From contig CALLJK010000009.1 in NCBI GenBank assembly GCA_938091745.1, forward strand, positions 8,138 through 72,137: 64,000 nucleotides of DNA, written 5' to 3'. Source of the stretch: Candidatus Bipolaricaulota bacterium. GTDB taxonomy: Bacteria; Bipolaricaulota; Bipolaricaulia; RBG-16-55-9; DRXL01. Positions 10,002 to 19,875 of this stretch are shown here, piece by piece. A model generated the notes under the pieces. It was not told where the DNA came from and did not search any database. It worked only from the letters and a program-made list of their open reading frames with translations. Numbering within the stretch: position 1 is the stretch's first letter; every line of letters begins with the position of its first letter. A program made the translations under genes and the position numbers.

Positions 10002-10150
10002 GTAATCTTGAGAAGATCGAAATATATTCGAAAAAAATCCCATAAAATCGATCTCTTCATATGCTTTTAGAGCAAAAATCGATCATTTGTTATTATAGAT
10101 TTTATGTGACTTATAGCGTATGATAGAACACCAAGCCAAGGAGACCGGGA

Positions 10151-10654
10151 ATGAGACTCTTTTATGCGATAGAGAATAGCCCTCTCGGACACTTATTGTT
10201 AGTTGCGACGGAGCGCGGGCTGTGCGCGGTGCAGTTTGGCAATTCTGTCCGAGAGCTCACGAGAACTCTGCATCGACAGTTGCCCAGGGCTCAGAGGGAC
10301 GAGGCTCGCCTCCGCCCTTGGAGCAGAGCTTTACAAGAATACTTTAAAGGACGTAAGCTGACCATGACGCTCCCCCTAGACGTCCAAGCGACGACGTTTC
10401 AAAGACAAGTCTGGAAGGAACTGCAAAAGATCCCCTATGGTCAGACGCGCTCTTATAGTGAGATCGCTCGTGCGATTGGGCATCCCAAGGCGGCACGCGC
10501 TGTGGCCCGCGCCTGCGCTACTAACCCTGTCTCGATAGTGATCCCATGCCATCGGGTCATCAGAAAAGACGGTTCTCTTGGGGGCTACGGCGGCGGGATC
10601 GCGCGCAAGCGCGCGCTGCTCTCTTTAGAAAGGGCTCAAGGAGAGACAAGATGA
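10151..10654 (+). CDS. ogt: Methylated-DNA--protein-cysteine methyltransferase
   Basis: IPYGQTRSY, IPCHRV. Confidence 0.93.
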   Translation: MRLFYAIENSPLGHLLLVATERGLCAVQFGNSVRELTRTLHRQLPRAQRDEARLRPWSRALQEYFKGRKLTMTLPLDVQATTFQRQVWKELQKIPYGQTRSYSEIARAIGHPKAARAVARACATNPVSIVIPCHRVIRKDGSLGGYGGGIARKRALLSLERAQGETR

Positions 10655-11655
10655 GTCAGACGCTTGCAATTAAGACGGAGCATCTAGGCCGCATCTATCA
10701 GATCAAGCGCAAGCGCGGCGAGAGCGGCCCCGCGACGCTCGTCGCCTTAGAGGACGTCAACCTCGAAGTGCGCCAAGGCGAGCTCTTCGGGCTGCTTGGC
10801 CCTAACGGTGCCGGCAAGACAACACTCATAAAGATCTTGACGACGCTACTTACCCCTACCAGTGGGCGCGCGTTTGTCGACGGCATCGACGTTGTTGAAA
10901 ACCCTCAAGAAGTCCGGCGGCGCATCAATATGGTCTCTGGCGGAGAGTCTTGTGGGTATGGGCTGCTCACCGTCGAGGAGAACTTGTGGATGTTCACGCA
11001 GTTTTATGGGCTCGATTTTAAGACCGCTCGCGAGCGCATTCAGTCTATGCTCGAAGTCGTAGGATTGGCTGACCGCGCCAAGACCAAGGCGTACCATCTG
11101 TCGACGGGCATGAAGCAGAAGATGAACTTCGCCCGCGGGTTTCTCAACGACCCGCAGATTCTCTTCTTAGACGAGCCGACGCTGGGGCTAGACGTGCAGA
11201 CATCGAGAATCTTAAGAGATTTTGTGAAGCGCTGGGTGCGCGAGCGCCCCGGGAAGACGATCTTACTCACGACTCATTATATGGCTGAGGCCGACGAACT
11301 CTGTGATCGCGTGGCAATTATAGATCAGGGCAGGATCTTAGCATGCGACACCCCAGCGAATCTCAAGAGGAGACTCCAAGGGGCTTCGATCTTTAAGCTC
11401 CAGACGACACCGCTGGACACGCTCGAGCACTTTAAGCAGCTGCCCGGAGTCAGTCAGTTTGCGGGCCATCGGCGCAATGGGCACACCGAACTGAATTTTA
11501 TTCTTGAAGACGAGAACGCTTTAGTCAAAGTCTTAGATGCTGTTCAAGCTAAGGGCGGGCACTTATTATCGCTGGAGAAGCGCGAGCCGACGCTCGAAGA
11601 CGTCTTTATTCACCTAGTTGGGCGCGGCTTGAGCGACGAGGAGAATCCGACCTAA
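10651..11655 (+). CDS. ABC-2 type exporter ATP-binding protein
   Basis: GPNGAGKT, LSTGM, LDEPT; ATGA overlap with ogt. Confidence 0.92.
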   Translation: MSQTLAIKTEHLGRIYQIKRKRGESGPATLVALEDVNLEVRQGELFGLLGPNGAGKTTLIKILTTLLTPTSGRAFVDGIDVVENPQEVRRRINMVSGGESCGYGLLTVEENLWMFTQFYGLDFKTARERIQSMLEVVGLADRAKTKAYHLSTGMKQKMNFARGFLNDPQILFLDEPTLGLDVQTSRILRDFVKRWVRERPGKTILLTTHYMAEADELCDRVAIIDQGRILACDTPANLKRRLQGASIFKLQTTPLDTLEHFKQLPGVSQFAGHRRNGHTELNFILEDENALVKVLDAVQAKGGHLLSLEKREPTLEDVFIHLVGRGLSDEENPT

Positions 11656-11703
11656 CCCCCAGGCTCCCCTCCCACTTTTAGGGGAGGGGCAGGGGGAGAG
11701 GTC
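11649..11703. repeat. BoxC/REP-like nested palindrome, copy 1
   Basis: GACCTAACCCCC..CCCCTCCC-loop-GGGGAGGGG..GGGGGAGAGGTC. Confidence 0.6.
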
Positions 11704-11708
11704 TCAGT

Positions 11709-12533
11709 ATGAAAAATTTTCGACGCGAACTGATGGTCTTCCTGCGCACGGTGATCGGCCGGGCCTATCCCCGACTGATCGGGCTGCAGCGCGAGCGAAG
11801 CTGGCTCTTCTTTGAGATTTTTCTGCCATTGCTGGGCACAGCCGCGTTTGTCTACATCTATCGGGCGTTGGGGGCTAAGCCCGAATTTACGGGTTTTGTC
11901 GTACTCGGTGGCGCGATGACCGCGTACTGGATGAACGTGCTGTGGAGCATGGCCACGCAGTTCTACTGGGAGAAGGAGACTGGGAACCTCGCGCTCTATC
12001 TCATCGCGCCCACGTCGCGCATGGCGATTCTGCTGGGGATGGCCTTTGGGGGCATGGTGGCCACGACGGTACGTGCTCTGGCTGTCTTAATATTGGGCTC
12101 GCTTGTCTTTCGCGTGACTTTTACGGTGAGCAACTGGGGAGCTTTGTTGCTCGTCTTCTTCTTCACGTTAGTCGCTCTCTACGGATTGGGGATGATCTTC
12201 GCGTCGGCGTTCTTGCTCTACGGGCGCGAAGCGTGGCACATGGCCAATCTATTGCAAGAGCCCGTGTTCTTGTTGTCGGGGTTTTACTTTCCCATAAAGA
12301 GTTTAGGCTTTTGGATCTCTGCTGGGGCGTCGCTCATCCCTATAACTTTGGGGTTGGACGCGATGCGACAATTGCTCTATCCCCAAGCAGGCTGGGGATT
12401 TCTCGACGTGGGCATTGAGACGACGATCTTAGCAGTCTTGAGTGTCGTCTTTCTCATCGCGGCGCATCGGATGCTTCTATGGCTTGAGAACGTGGCGCGC
12501 CGTGAGGGACGACTCACTGTGAGGGGACAATAA
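11709..12533 (+). CDS. ABC-2 type permease
   Basis: About 6 TM segments, EKETGNL, LSGFYFP. Confidence 0.88.
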   Translation: MKNFRRELMVFLRTVIGRAYPRLIGLQRERSWLFFEIFLPLLGTAAFVYIYRALGAKPEFTGFVVLGGAMTAYWMNVLWSMATQFYWEKETGNLALYLIAPTSRMAILLGMAFGGMVATTVRALAVLILGSLVFRVTFTVSNWGALLLVFFFTLVALYGLGMIFASAFLLYGREAWHMANLLQEPVFLLSGFYFPIKSLGFWISAGASLIPITLGLDAMRQLLYPQAGWGFLDVGIETTILAVLSVVFLIAAHRMLLWLENVARREGRLTVRGQ

Positions 12534-13399
12534 TGACTGTGCTTCAGCGAGAGTCATGGCGCGAGAGCCTGCGCAGCTTAAAAGTCGCCACATGGCTGGG
12601 CTGGCAGATCGAATCGAACTGGACTGATCCGTTTCTCTTTGCCGTCTACTCGCTGATCAAGCCTATCGCCGGGGCGATGATCTTGGTCGTGATGTACTTG
12701 GTCGTCTCCGGCGGCCAGACGGACAACCCGATCTTCCCGTATATCTATCTGGGGAACGCATTCTATATCTACGTGGGCTCGGTGCTCATGGGGATCAGTT
12801 ACGCCGTGATCGAAGACCGTGAGCACTACGGCGTTCTGAAATATATTTACGTCTCGCCGATCCAAGTCTATTTTTATCTGTTGGGGCGCGGCGTCGCCCG
12901 CACGCTGACAGGCACAATCGCGGTGATCATCACGTTGGTGTTTGGGGTGCTTGTCTTCAAGCTTCCCGTAAATTTTCTAAAAATGAATCACGCGCTCTTT
13001 TGGCCGGTCTTTCTGATTGGGCTGGCGGGGTTAGCGCTTGTAGGGATTCTTCTAGCGGGGCTGACGCTCATCACAGCAAGACACAATTACTTCATGGGCG
13101 AGGCCGTCGCTGGAGCGTTGTATTTGCTCTGTGGCGCGGTCTTCCCGCTCGATGTGCTCCCCAAGGTTCTTCAGTATATCGGGCTGGGGCTGCCCATGAC
13201 CTATTGGCTCGAAGGGGTGCGCCGGGCAATGCTCGGCACAAGCGTGAGTCCGGTGCTTGCGCCCTTTACTCACGAGACGATCTTAATAATTCTCTTCAGC
13301 TCGACGCTCTGTGTCGGGGCGATCTCGCTGGGTTTTTATCGCTGGTGCGAGCGCCGCGCCAAGGAGAAGGGGCTTATAGATATGCAGACGATGTATTGA
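12533..13399 (+). CDS. ABC-2 type permease
   Basis: About 6 TM segments, GAVFPLDVLP. Confidence 0.88.
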   Translation: MTVLQRESWRESLRSLKVATWLGWQIESNWTDPFLFAVYSLIKPIAGAMILVVMYLVVSGGQTDNPIFPYIYLGNAFYIYVGSVLMGISYAVIEDREHYGVLKYIYVSPIQVYFYLLGRGVARTLTGTIAVIITLVFGVLVFKLPVNFLKMNHALFWPVFLIGLAGLALVGILLAGLTLITARHNYFMGEAVAGALYLLCGAVFPLDVLPKVLQYIGLGLPMTYWLEGVRRAMLGTSVSPVLAPFTHETILIILFSSTLCVGAISLGFYRWCERRAKEKGLIDMQTMY

Positions 13400-13413
13400 T
13401 ATAATAGGGTACT

Positions 13414-13938
13414 ATGAGCACTTTCGTGAAGATCCTGATCGTGATCGCGTTCATGGCTGTGCCGGCCCTGGCCCAACAGCCGCTCGTGGTGAAGGTCTCT
13501 TGTCGCGATAGCCAGACGCTCGCCATCGAGCCGGATCGTCTTGATTCGCTCATCTTGCGGGCGACGGGGCGGACCGTCCAGTGGGAGCTGGAGACCGTGG
13601 GCTGTCCCCAGACGGTCTCGCGTGTCGAGATTCGCTTTGCCCAGACGAGCCCCTTCGGCGAGACCCCCGCAGATAAAGAGCTCGTCGTGCCGGAGCTGCC
13701 CTCGCCGCTGCCGGAGAGCGTCCCTCTTGTCAGCCGCGAGATTTCCGTTGCTGGGGAGCATCGCTACGAAATCTTGCTCATGGATGCTGAGGGCAACGTC
13801 TTAAGCAAGCAACAAGGGCGGATCTCCGCACGCGCCATCGCGCCGGGGATGACTCTTCCTAGTTTGCTTTTGGCTGGCTTGGTCGTGGGGCTCTTCTTCT
13901 TGTTGATCCGACGTCGCCTCAGCGCGCTCTCGGCATAA
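13414..13938 (+). CDS. Secreted protein with C-terminal sorting-like signal (candidate exosortase substrate)
   Basis: Signal peptide (ALA-Q); C-terminal APGMTLPS + TM helix + RRR. Confidence 0.65.
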   Translation: MSTFVKILIVIAFMAVPALAQQPLVVKVSCRDSQTLAIEPDRLDSLILRATGRTVQWELETVGCPQTVSRVEIRFAQTSPFGETPADKELVVPELPSPLPESVPLVSREISVAGEHRYEILLMDAEGNVLSKQQGRISARAIAPGMTLPSLLLAGLVVGLFFLLIRRRLSALSA

Positions 13939-13947
13939 TAGCATGGG

Positions 13948-14436
13948 ATGATTGGGAATCGTGCCCTGGTGCGGGCGTGGTTGGTGCTCATCGGAACTAT
14001 CCTCGCGTTCGTGGTGCTCCAGCCATTGCTCATCTTTATAGGCTTTGTGCGCTGGGCTAATGAGAGCACTGCTCAACTGTTAGCATTCGCGCTGAGCTTG
14101 CTTGGTAGCCCCAGCTCTGCTGAAGGGACCATCGTGCGTTCTCAGCTCTTCTCGCTCGAGATTGTTTTTGAATGCACGGCGATCCTCCCGATGGTGCTCT
14201 TTGGCGCTGCTGTCGCGGCAACGCCTGCGGTGACCAACGCGAAACTTTGGGCACTTGCGTGGGGCCTGCCCGCCATTGTCCTCTTCAATCTTGTGCGGCT
14301 GGCGAGCTTAGTGTATATAGGGCGTCTCGCTCCAGAGGCGTTTGACACAGTGCACTTACTGATCTGGCAGCCGTTGACGATTCTCTTTGCTCTGGCGCTG
14401 TGGCTGCTATGGGTCGAGCGCCGACGTCACTCATGA
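13948..14436 (+). CDS. Exosortase/archaeosortase family protein (XrtH-like)
   Basis: EIVFECTA (Cys), NLVR (Arg), HLLIWQ (His) triad in a multi-TM protein. Confidence 0.8.
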   Translation: MIGNRALVRAWLVLIGTILAFVVLQPLLIFIGFVRWANESTAQLLAFALSLLGSPSSAEGTIVRSQLFSLEIVFECTAILPMVLFGAAVAATPAVTNAKLWALAWGLPAIVLFNLVRLASLVYIGRLAPEAFDTVHLLIWQPLTILFALALWLLWVERRRHS

Positions 14437-14924
14437 CGAAGATCGTTCTCTTCGTGGTGGGCTGTGCTCTTGTTCTCACAGCGTTCGCGCTGGTGTGGCC
14501 GCTGGCGGCTCCTCTCTACGCGCAACTCCAGGTCTTCTGTGCCCAGCCTGTGCTTAGCTCTGAGCTGCACTTGAGCATAGACACTGATGGGATCGCTGTC
14601 TCTCGCGGCGAGAAACTTTTGACGCGCCGCGAGTTTTTGAGTTTCGGCGGGCTGGGATTGACGCTTGCTCTTTGGCTGCTGACGCCGGGCTTCTCGTGGA
14701 AGAAGCGCATACTCTGGGGAACTTTTGGGTTCGTATTGATCTTCTTCTGGCACGTGCTGGGGCTGTGGGGCTTGATTGCATTCGCTGAAGCTCTGGAGCG
14801 CGGGCAGGGCGGTGGGCTGATGACGCTGCTCTATAGCGTTATCGCTGTGGGCGACTGGGTTGTGCCCGTCGTGCTGTGGGGGGCGGTGCTCATCTCTTAT
14901 CGGGGGTCGGGGGCTGCGCCGTAG
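14433..14924 (+). CDS. Exosortase-associated membrane protein
   Basis: About 4 TM segments, LALWLLTPG..KKR; ATGA-coupled to the exosortase. Confidence 0.6.
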   Translation: MTKIVLFVVGCALVLTAFALVWPLAAPLYAQLQVFCAQPVLSSELHLSIDTDGIAVSRGEKLLTRREFLSFGGLGLTLALWLLTPGFSWKKRILWGTFGFVLIFFWHVLGLWGLIAFAEALERGQGGGLMTLLYSVIAVGDWVVPVVLWGAVLISYRGSGAAP

Positions 14925-15574
14925 ACTGCGGTCTTGCGTCCTAGGCGCCAGGCCCAGCAGCTGTCGCCGTAGGACCAGTGCCACCACTCGCCAGCATAGT
15001 TGGTGAACCCGGCTTTGGTCATAACTCTGATGAGCAGTTCTCGGTTCTTGCGCGCTTCTTCGGAGATGCCTTCAGCGTACGTAGCGGCGACGGCGCGGGC
15101 TTTGGGCGTGCGCCATTTGTATGGAGACGTCATATCGAGTTCTTTGCCGTCGGGGCCGATCAGAGTGAGATCGATAGCTCCGCCGGTGCTATGTCCTGGG
15201 GGAGTTTTGATATCTGGGGGATGCACGAATCTATTCGTCAGCCGTCTGAGGACACTTTTAGGCGCAGTGGGATGACGGCGTTTCATGCGCCGATAGACTC
15301 TCTGATAGATTCTCTTTTGCTCTTCGAGGGAGCGGTAGGCGCTGAAGATCCCGAGCTTATAGCCCTTGGGGAGGAGCCGTGCGGCCTTCTGGAGCATCTG
15401 AGCGACGGTCTTGCGGGCGAAGAGCTGTTGCGGCTCCCCGGTGTGCCAGTTGGGCAAGACGACGATGCGAGGGTCAAGCCCATTGAGCTCGACCAGCGGC
15501 TCGCCGGTGTCGCGAATTTGAATCTTGTTCAGCTCGCTGATTGGTTCAATAAGGGAGTTGCGGCGTCTGAGCAT
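14897..15574 (-). CDS. ddpX: D-Ala-D-Ala dipeptidase (VanX/DdpX, M15)
   Basis: SAYRS, HSTGGAIDLT, EWWHWS. Confidence 0.85.
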   Translation of the reverse strand: MLRRRNSLIEPISELNKIQIRDTGEPLVELNGLDPRIVVLPNWHTGEPQQLFARKTVAQMLQKAARLLPKGYKLGIFSAYRSLEEQKRIYQRVYRRMKRRHPTAPKSVLRRLTNRFVHPPDIKTPPGHSTGGAIDLTLIGPDGKELDMTSPYKWRTPKARAVAATYAEGISEEARKNRELLIRVMTKAGFTNYAGEWWHWSYGDSCWAWRLGRKTAVYGAAPDPR

Positions 15575-15622
15575 AGGGTGTGATTATAGAGAAATTGGGC
15601 TTACGGCTCAAGGTTCAGAAAT

Positions 15623-16612
15623 CTAGCGCGTCCCGCGCAGACGCGGGTCTAAAATATCGCGCACCGCGTCGCCTAACAGATTCCACGCCAGCACAAAGAG
15701 CGTGATGGTCATCCCCGGGAAGACCCACGTGTACCAATACTGCATCACGTCGCCGCCGGCAACTCCAACGATCCTGTTTCTGGCAAATGCGATCATCTGC
15801 CCCCAGTCGGCGTAGTCTTCTCCTTGCCCTAACCCCAAAAAGCTCAGCCCCGACAGCCCCAACACGATCGAGCCAATATCGAGCGACGCTAAAATCAAGA
15901 CAGGGTAGATCGAGTTGGGCAGGACGTGTCGAAAGATAATGTGCCAATGGCTGGCTCCCAAGGCTTTCGCCCCGGAGACGAACTCGCGCTCGCGCACCGA
16001 GAGAATAATCCCGCGCACAAAGCGCGCATAGCCTGCCCACCCAAAGAGAATGTCAACGAGCACAATCTTGTCTAATCCGCGCCCCCAAATCGAGAGAATC
16101 ACCAATGTCATCAAGAACGTCGGAAGCGCCAAGACGAAATCCACCCCGCGCATCAACACAGAGTCGACCCAGCTGCCAAAGTACCCCGAAATTGAGCCAA
16201 TAATAATCCCGATGAGCAGCGTGCACCCGACGATCACAATCCCAGCGATGAGCGCGGTGCGCGTCCCCCACACAAGCCCGTACCAAATATCGTAGCGATT
16301 CTCGGTCGTCCCTAGGGGGTGGAGCATCTTGCCGAACTCGTCTTTCAGCCTGGGCGGAAAAGTCTTCCAAGCTTGCGGGTCTGGGGGCAGGGGCGCAGCT
16401 CGGAAGCCGTCGCGCGGAATTCTGAACGGCTCGCAGGGCAGCTCTTTCATAAACGGGCGCAAGATCCAATCCGGGACGATATAATAGACAAACGACGGGC
16501 AAGGCTTAGCCGGCGGCGCCAGCCACGGCGCAGCTAGCGCCATAAAGAAGAAGATCGCCAACAAGACGATCCCCGTCAACGAGAGCGGATTCTTCAGTAA
16601 ACGCTTCAGCAT
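15623..16612 (-). CDS. Peptide ABC transporter permease (DppC/OppC type)
   Basis: HPLGT, AKALGAS, HVLPN, LSFLGLG. Confidence 0.92.
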   Translation of the reverse strand: MLKRLLKNPLSLTGIVLLAIFFFMALAAPWLAPPAKPCPSFVYYIVPDWILRPFMKELPCEPFRIPRDGFRAAPLPPDPQAWKTFPPRLKDEFGKMLHPLGTTENRYDIWYGLVWGTRTALIAGIVIVGCTLLIGIIIGSISGYFGSWVDSVLMRGVDFVLALPTFLMTLVILSIWGRGLDKIVLVDILFGWAGYARFVRGIILSVREREFVSGAKALGASHWHIIFRHVLPNSIYPVLILASLDIGSIVLGLSGLSFLGLGQGEDYADWGQMIAFARNRIVGVAGGDVMQYWYTWVFPGMTITLFVLAWNLLGDAVRDILDPRLRGTR

Positions 16613-16614
16613 AG

Positions 16615-17670
16615 CTAATCGTAGCGCACCCTCGGGTCAATGAAGACGTACAGAATATCGACTAAGAGATTTGTCAAGACGATCAACGACGTCCCTATCA
16701 GAGTAAATCCCAGCACCATCGGCACGTCAAATTGTAGCGTTGCGTCCACCGAGAGCAAGCCCAAGCCCTTATAATTAAAGACCGTCTCAGTGATCACAAC
16801 GCCCGAAAGCATCAGCCCGATCACGGTGGGCACGGCGATTGTCGTGACGGGGATGAGCGCGTTGCGCAGGCCGTGCTTTAAGATCACGATTCTCTCTGTG
16901 AGGCCCTTGGCGCGCGCCGTCGTGATATAGTCTTGTCTGAGCGTCTCCAGCATACTTGAGCGCGTCACCCTCTGAAGCCCGGCCCAACTGAGATACGAGA
17001 GCGTCAAGACGGGCAAGACTAAGTGCCGCAGCGCGTCCACAAAGATATCCCAGCGATTATTAAGAATAGCGTCTATTGTGTTGAGCCCGGTGTAGCGCGT
17101 GAACTGAGCCGAATCGTAAACGATGCGCTCAGCCCAGAAGCTCAGTCGTCCCGGCGGGAACCACCCGAGTATTCCGTAAAAGAACATTAAAACAAAGATC
17201 CCGAAGACGAACGTGGGCAGCGAGTACCCTGTAATAGAGAAGAAGCGCAGAGAGTGATCAAGAGGCTTATTATGATGGACTGCTGAGAGTACCCCAAGCC
17301 AGATAGCTATGAGCACGACAGGGAGCACGGCGTACAGCCCCAGCTCGAACGTCGCCGGCAGGCGCTCGCGGATCGCTTCGAAGACGGGCTTCTGCGCGAC
17401 CTTCGACCAGCCGAAGTTCCCTTGAAAGACCTGTTTGATCCAGCGAACGTACTGGCTGATCGCAGGCTGGTCGAGTCCGTATTTCTCAATGAGCCTTTGA
17501 AGCTGTTCTTTCGTGAGTTTTCCACCAAAAGCTTGCTCGGGGTTGACGTTGATAAAGAGTGCCACGCGCTGGTACGGCCCTAAGGGCTCTAATAACAAAA
17601 ACGTCAAGAACGTGATGGCAAACCACAAGAAGGGCAAGAAGAGCAATCGTCTTATGATAAAGCCGAGCAT
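16615..17670 (-). CDS. Peptide ABC transporter permease (DppB/OppB type)
   Basis: DYITTARAKGL, HGLRNAL, DPRVR. Confidence 0.92.
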   Translation of the reverse strand: MLGFIIRRLLFLPFLWFAITFLTFLLLEPLGPYQRVALFINVNPEQAFGGKLTKEQLQRLIEKYGLDQPAISQYVRWIKQVFQGNFGWSKVAQKPVFEAIRERLPATFELGLYAVLPVVLIAIWLGVLSAVHHNKPLDHSLRFFSITGYSLPTFVFGIFVLMFFYGILGWFPPGRLSFWAERIVYDSAQFTRYTGLNTIDAILNNRWDIFVDALRHLVLPVLTLSYLSWAGLQRVTRSSMLETLRQDYITTARAKGLTERIVILKHGLRNALIPVTTIAVPTVIGLMLSGVVITETVFNYKGLGLLSVDATLQFDVPMVLGFTLIGTSLIVLTNLLVDILYVFIDPRVRYD

Positions 17671-17675
17671 ATCCT

Positions 17676-17780
17676 AGGCCCTCACCCCCCGGCCTTACGT
17701 CAGACTTCGTCTGGACTGTTCGCCGTGCCGCCGGAGGCGGCACGATGTACGGTCCAGGCGAAGCCTGGGGGTGAGGGCCT
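17676..17780. repeat. BoxC/REP-like nested palindrome, copy 2
   Basis: Terminal IR AGGCCCTCACCCCC / GGGGGTGAGGGCCT with two internal stems. Confidence 0.7.
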
Positions 17781-17788
17781 CTCTTTCA

Positions 17789-19825
17789 TTACTCCTTCCA
17801 GAGATACCAATAGTACGTGCCGACGTAGGCCATGTTCCAGAAGAACCCCTTGACCCAGCTGCGCGTGAAGCGCTTAAAGACCCCTTGCTCGATGGGGATG
17901 AGCAGCGCATGATCGTAATTGATCTGCTCGATCTGATAGTACAACTCTTTGCGCTTTGCGGGGTCCAGCTCGCGGCGGGCTTGTAAGATTAACTCATCGA
18001 GCTGTTTCTGGAGATTCGGCTCGATGTCCAAGAAGCGCCCGAAGTATCCTGTGCTCCCTAATAATGGGTATGCCCAGTTGTGCGGGTCGTGATAGTCTTG
18101 GCACCAGCCGCTACTGTCGAACGGGATTTTGTCGTTATTGAAATCTTGGGTGATCTGCGTCCCTTGAAATTCAAGGGCTTCGAGCTTGAACTTGGGATTG
18201 ATCCTCTCTAAGTTGGCTTTGAGAATGTCGAGCGCGACGCGGCTGCTGCCGGGGACATGGGGCATGAAGAGCTTAAAGCCCTTCTCCCAGACCTGACCGC
18301 CCCAGGCACGCTTGAAGTGCTCCGTTGCTTTTTCTAAGTCAAGCGAATAATAAGGCACGTCGGGATTATAGCCGAAGACTTCTTTGATCATAATCGTCTT
18401 GGCTTGGACAGAATCGCCCTCGAGGGCTTCGGTGATATACGTATCCCAATCAAACGCATACGCAAACCCCTTGCGCACATCTTCGTCGCTGAAGAAGTCG
18501 GGGGGAATGCCATCGCCGTCGAGCTTTCCAGAGCCAATATACGGATTGTTCTCAGGGTTCACTCTTTGATTAGGCATCCAGAAGGACATACACTGATCAG
18601 GGAGATCTTTGTACATTGTGACAAGCCCTTGGTCTACAAGCGGGTAGACCTGATCGCGGTTGCGCGCTAAGATCGTGACTGCGTCGGCGTCGCCGTTCTG
18701 GAGCATGAGCAGCCGTGTAGCCCACTCGCGATTAAACTTAATATTGACATTGAGATAGGCGGGGCGCTCACGCCAGTAGTCTTTGAAGATCTTTAGCGAG
18801 ATCTCTTCTTCGCGGCGCCAGCGCTCTAAGATATACGGCCCTGTTCCGTTCGTGATATTAAAGAGCTCGCTCTCTTCGGTTGGGGGATCGTAGAACTTTT
18901 TCCAAGTCTCGCAGCTGCCGTCCCAACCCGCTTTCTTGTTGATCTGTTTGATCTCGGCCATGACCCACTCTCTGTCTAAGATCGAGCCCCAGAACCCCAC
19001 GAGAATCTGCAAGAACGGCGCGAACGGCTCCTTCAAGTGAAAAACAGCGTTGCCGTCCTCGACCTCGACGGTCGCCTTGACGCGCTTGCAGACTTCTTCT
19101 AATCCTTCGGGGCTGACGTCGTCTATAGACTGAATCTGACTGGGGTCTGTGCCGTGCAGCTCGCTCTCGACTTGTTTAGCTAAATCTAAAATTGAAGAGA
19201 CGCCGAGCAGCGGCTCTAGTAAGAGCCACTGGGGGCCGCCGGCACGGTCTTGGAGCATCCCGCGCTCAAAAGAGTATTCGACGTCTTCGGGGGTGAGAAT
19301 TCCGCTGCCGGGGATGATAGTACCGTTGGCGTCCTTGACTGGGCCGTAGTGAAACTTCACGCCTTGACGAATGGGAAAGACATACGTGCGCCCCTCATCT
19401 CGGATAAGCCCGTTTTCTACGCTAGGCACGGCCGTAGCGAGCCAGGGGACGAACTTATCCGGGTGTGGGCCATCAAAGAAAATGAGCGTCTCGTAAATAT
19501 TAAAGAGAATGCTTCCCGAGCCGGTGTCGTACGCGGCTGCGGGGTCAAGTGTGTCTATAAAGTCCCCAATCCCCACGACGACATACGTGTCAGGGTTTTT
19601 CACTTCCGGTCTGGGTGTTGGGGGCACAGTTGTTGGTGGCGATTGAGGCTCTTCGGGCTTAGAAGTAACTGAAGGGCTTGGCTCTGAAGGTTGTTGTGTC
19701 TCTGGAGGTTGAGTAGCAGTCTCTGTTGGTGGAGGTGGAGACGATTTCTGCCCACAGCTAGTCATAAGCAACGTGAACGTAGCGAGGACGAGCATCACCC
19801 CTAGTATCAGCCATGATCTTTTCAT
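17789..19825 (-). CDS. Peptide ABC substrate-binding lipoprotein (family 5)
   Basis: Lipobox MTSC, Pro-rich linker, TLDPA, IYETL, GTGPY. Confidence 0.92.
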   Translation of the reverse strand: MKRSWLILGVMLVLATFTLLMTSCGQKSSPPPPTETATQPPETQQPSEPSPSVTSKPEEPQSPPTTVPPTPRPEVKNPDTYVVVGIGDFIDTLDPAAAYDTGSGSILFNIYETLIFFDGPHPDKFVPWLATAVPSVENGLIRDEGRTYVFPIRQGVKFHYGPVKDANGTIIPGSGILTPEDVEYSFERGMLQDRAGGPQWLLLEPLLGVSSILDLAKQVESELHGTDPSQIQSIDDVSPEGLEEVCKRVKATVEVEDGNAVFHLKEPFAPFLQILVGFWGSILDREWVMAEIKQINKKAGWDGSCETWKKFYDPPTEESELFNITNGTGPYILERWRREEEISLKIFKDYWRERPAYLNVNIKFNREWATRLLMLQNGDADAVTILARNRDQVYPLVDQGLVTMYKDLPDQCMSFWMPNQRVNPENNPYIGSGKLDGDGIPPDFFSDEDVRKGFAYAFDWDTYITEALEGDSVQAKTIMIKEVFGYNPDVPYYSLDLEKATEHFKRAWGGQVWEKGFKLFMPHVPGSSRVALDILKANLERINPKFKLEALEFQGTQITQDFNNDKIPFDSSGWCQDYHDPHNWAYPLLGSTGYFGRFLDIEPNLQKQLDELILQARRELDPAKRKELYYQIEQINYDHALLIPIEQGVFKRFTRSWVKGFFWNMAYVGTYYWYLWKE

Positions 19826-19875
19826 AGAGTTCCTCCCTAGCCGATATTGTACTGCATAGAATGAGCTCTCGCACT

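Noticed and set aside
10010-10090. AAAATCGATC repeated, and an AGATCGA/TCGATCT inversion, upstream of glnA
   Set aside because: Does not match the GlnR/TnrA or NtrC boxes I know; too short in an AT-rich region to support.
19600-19745. Low-complexity repetitive DNA in the peptide-binding protein gene
   Set aside because: Ordinary Pro/Thr/Ser linker after the lipobox.
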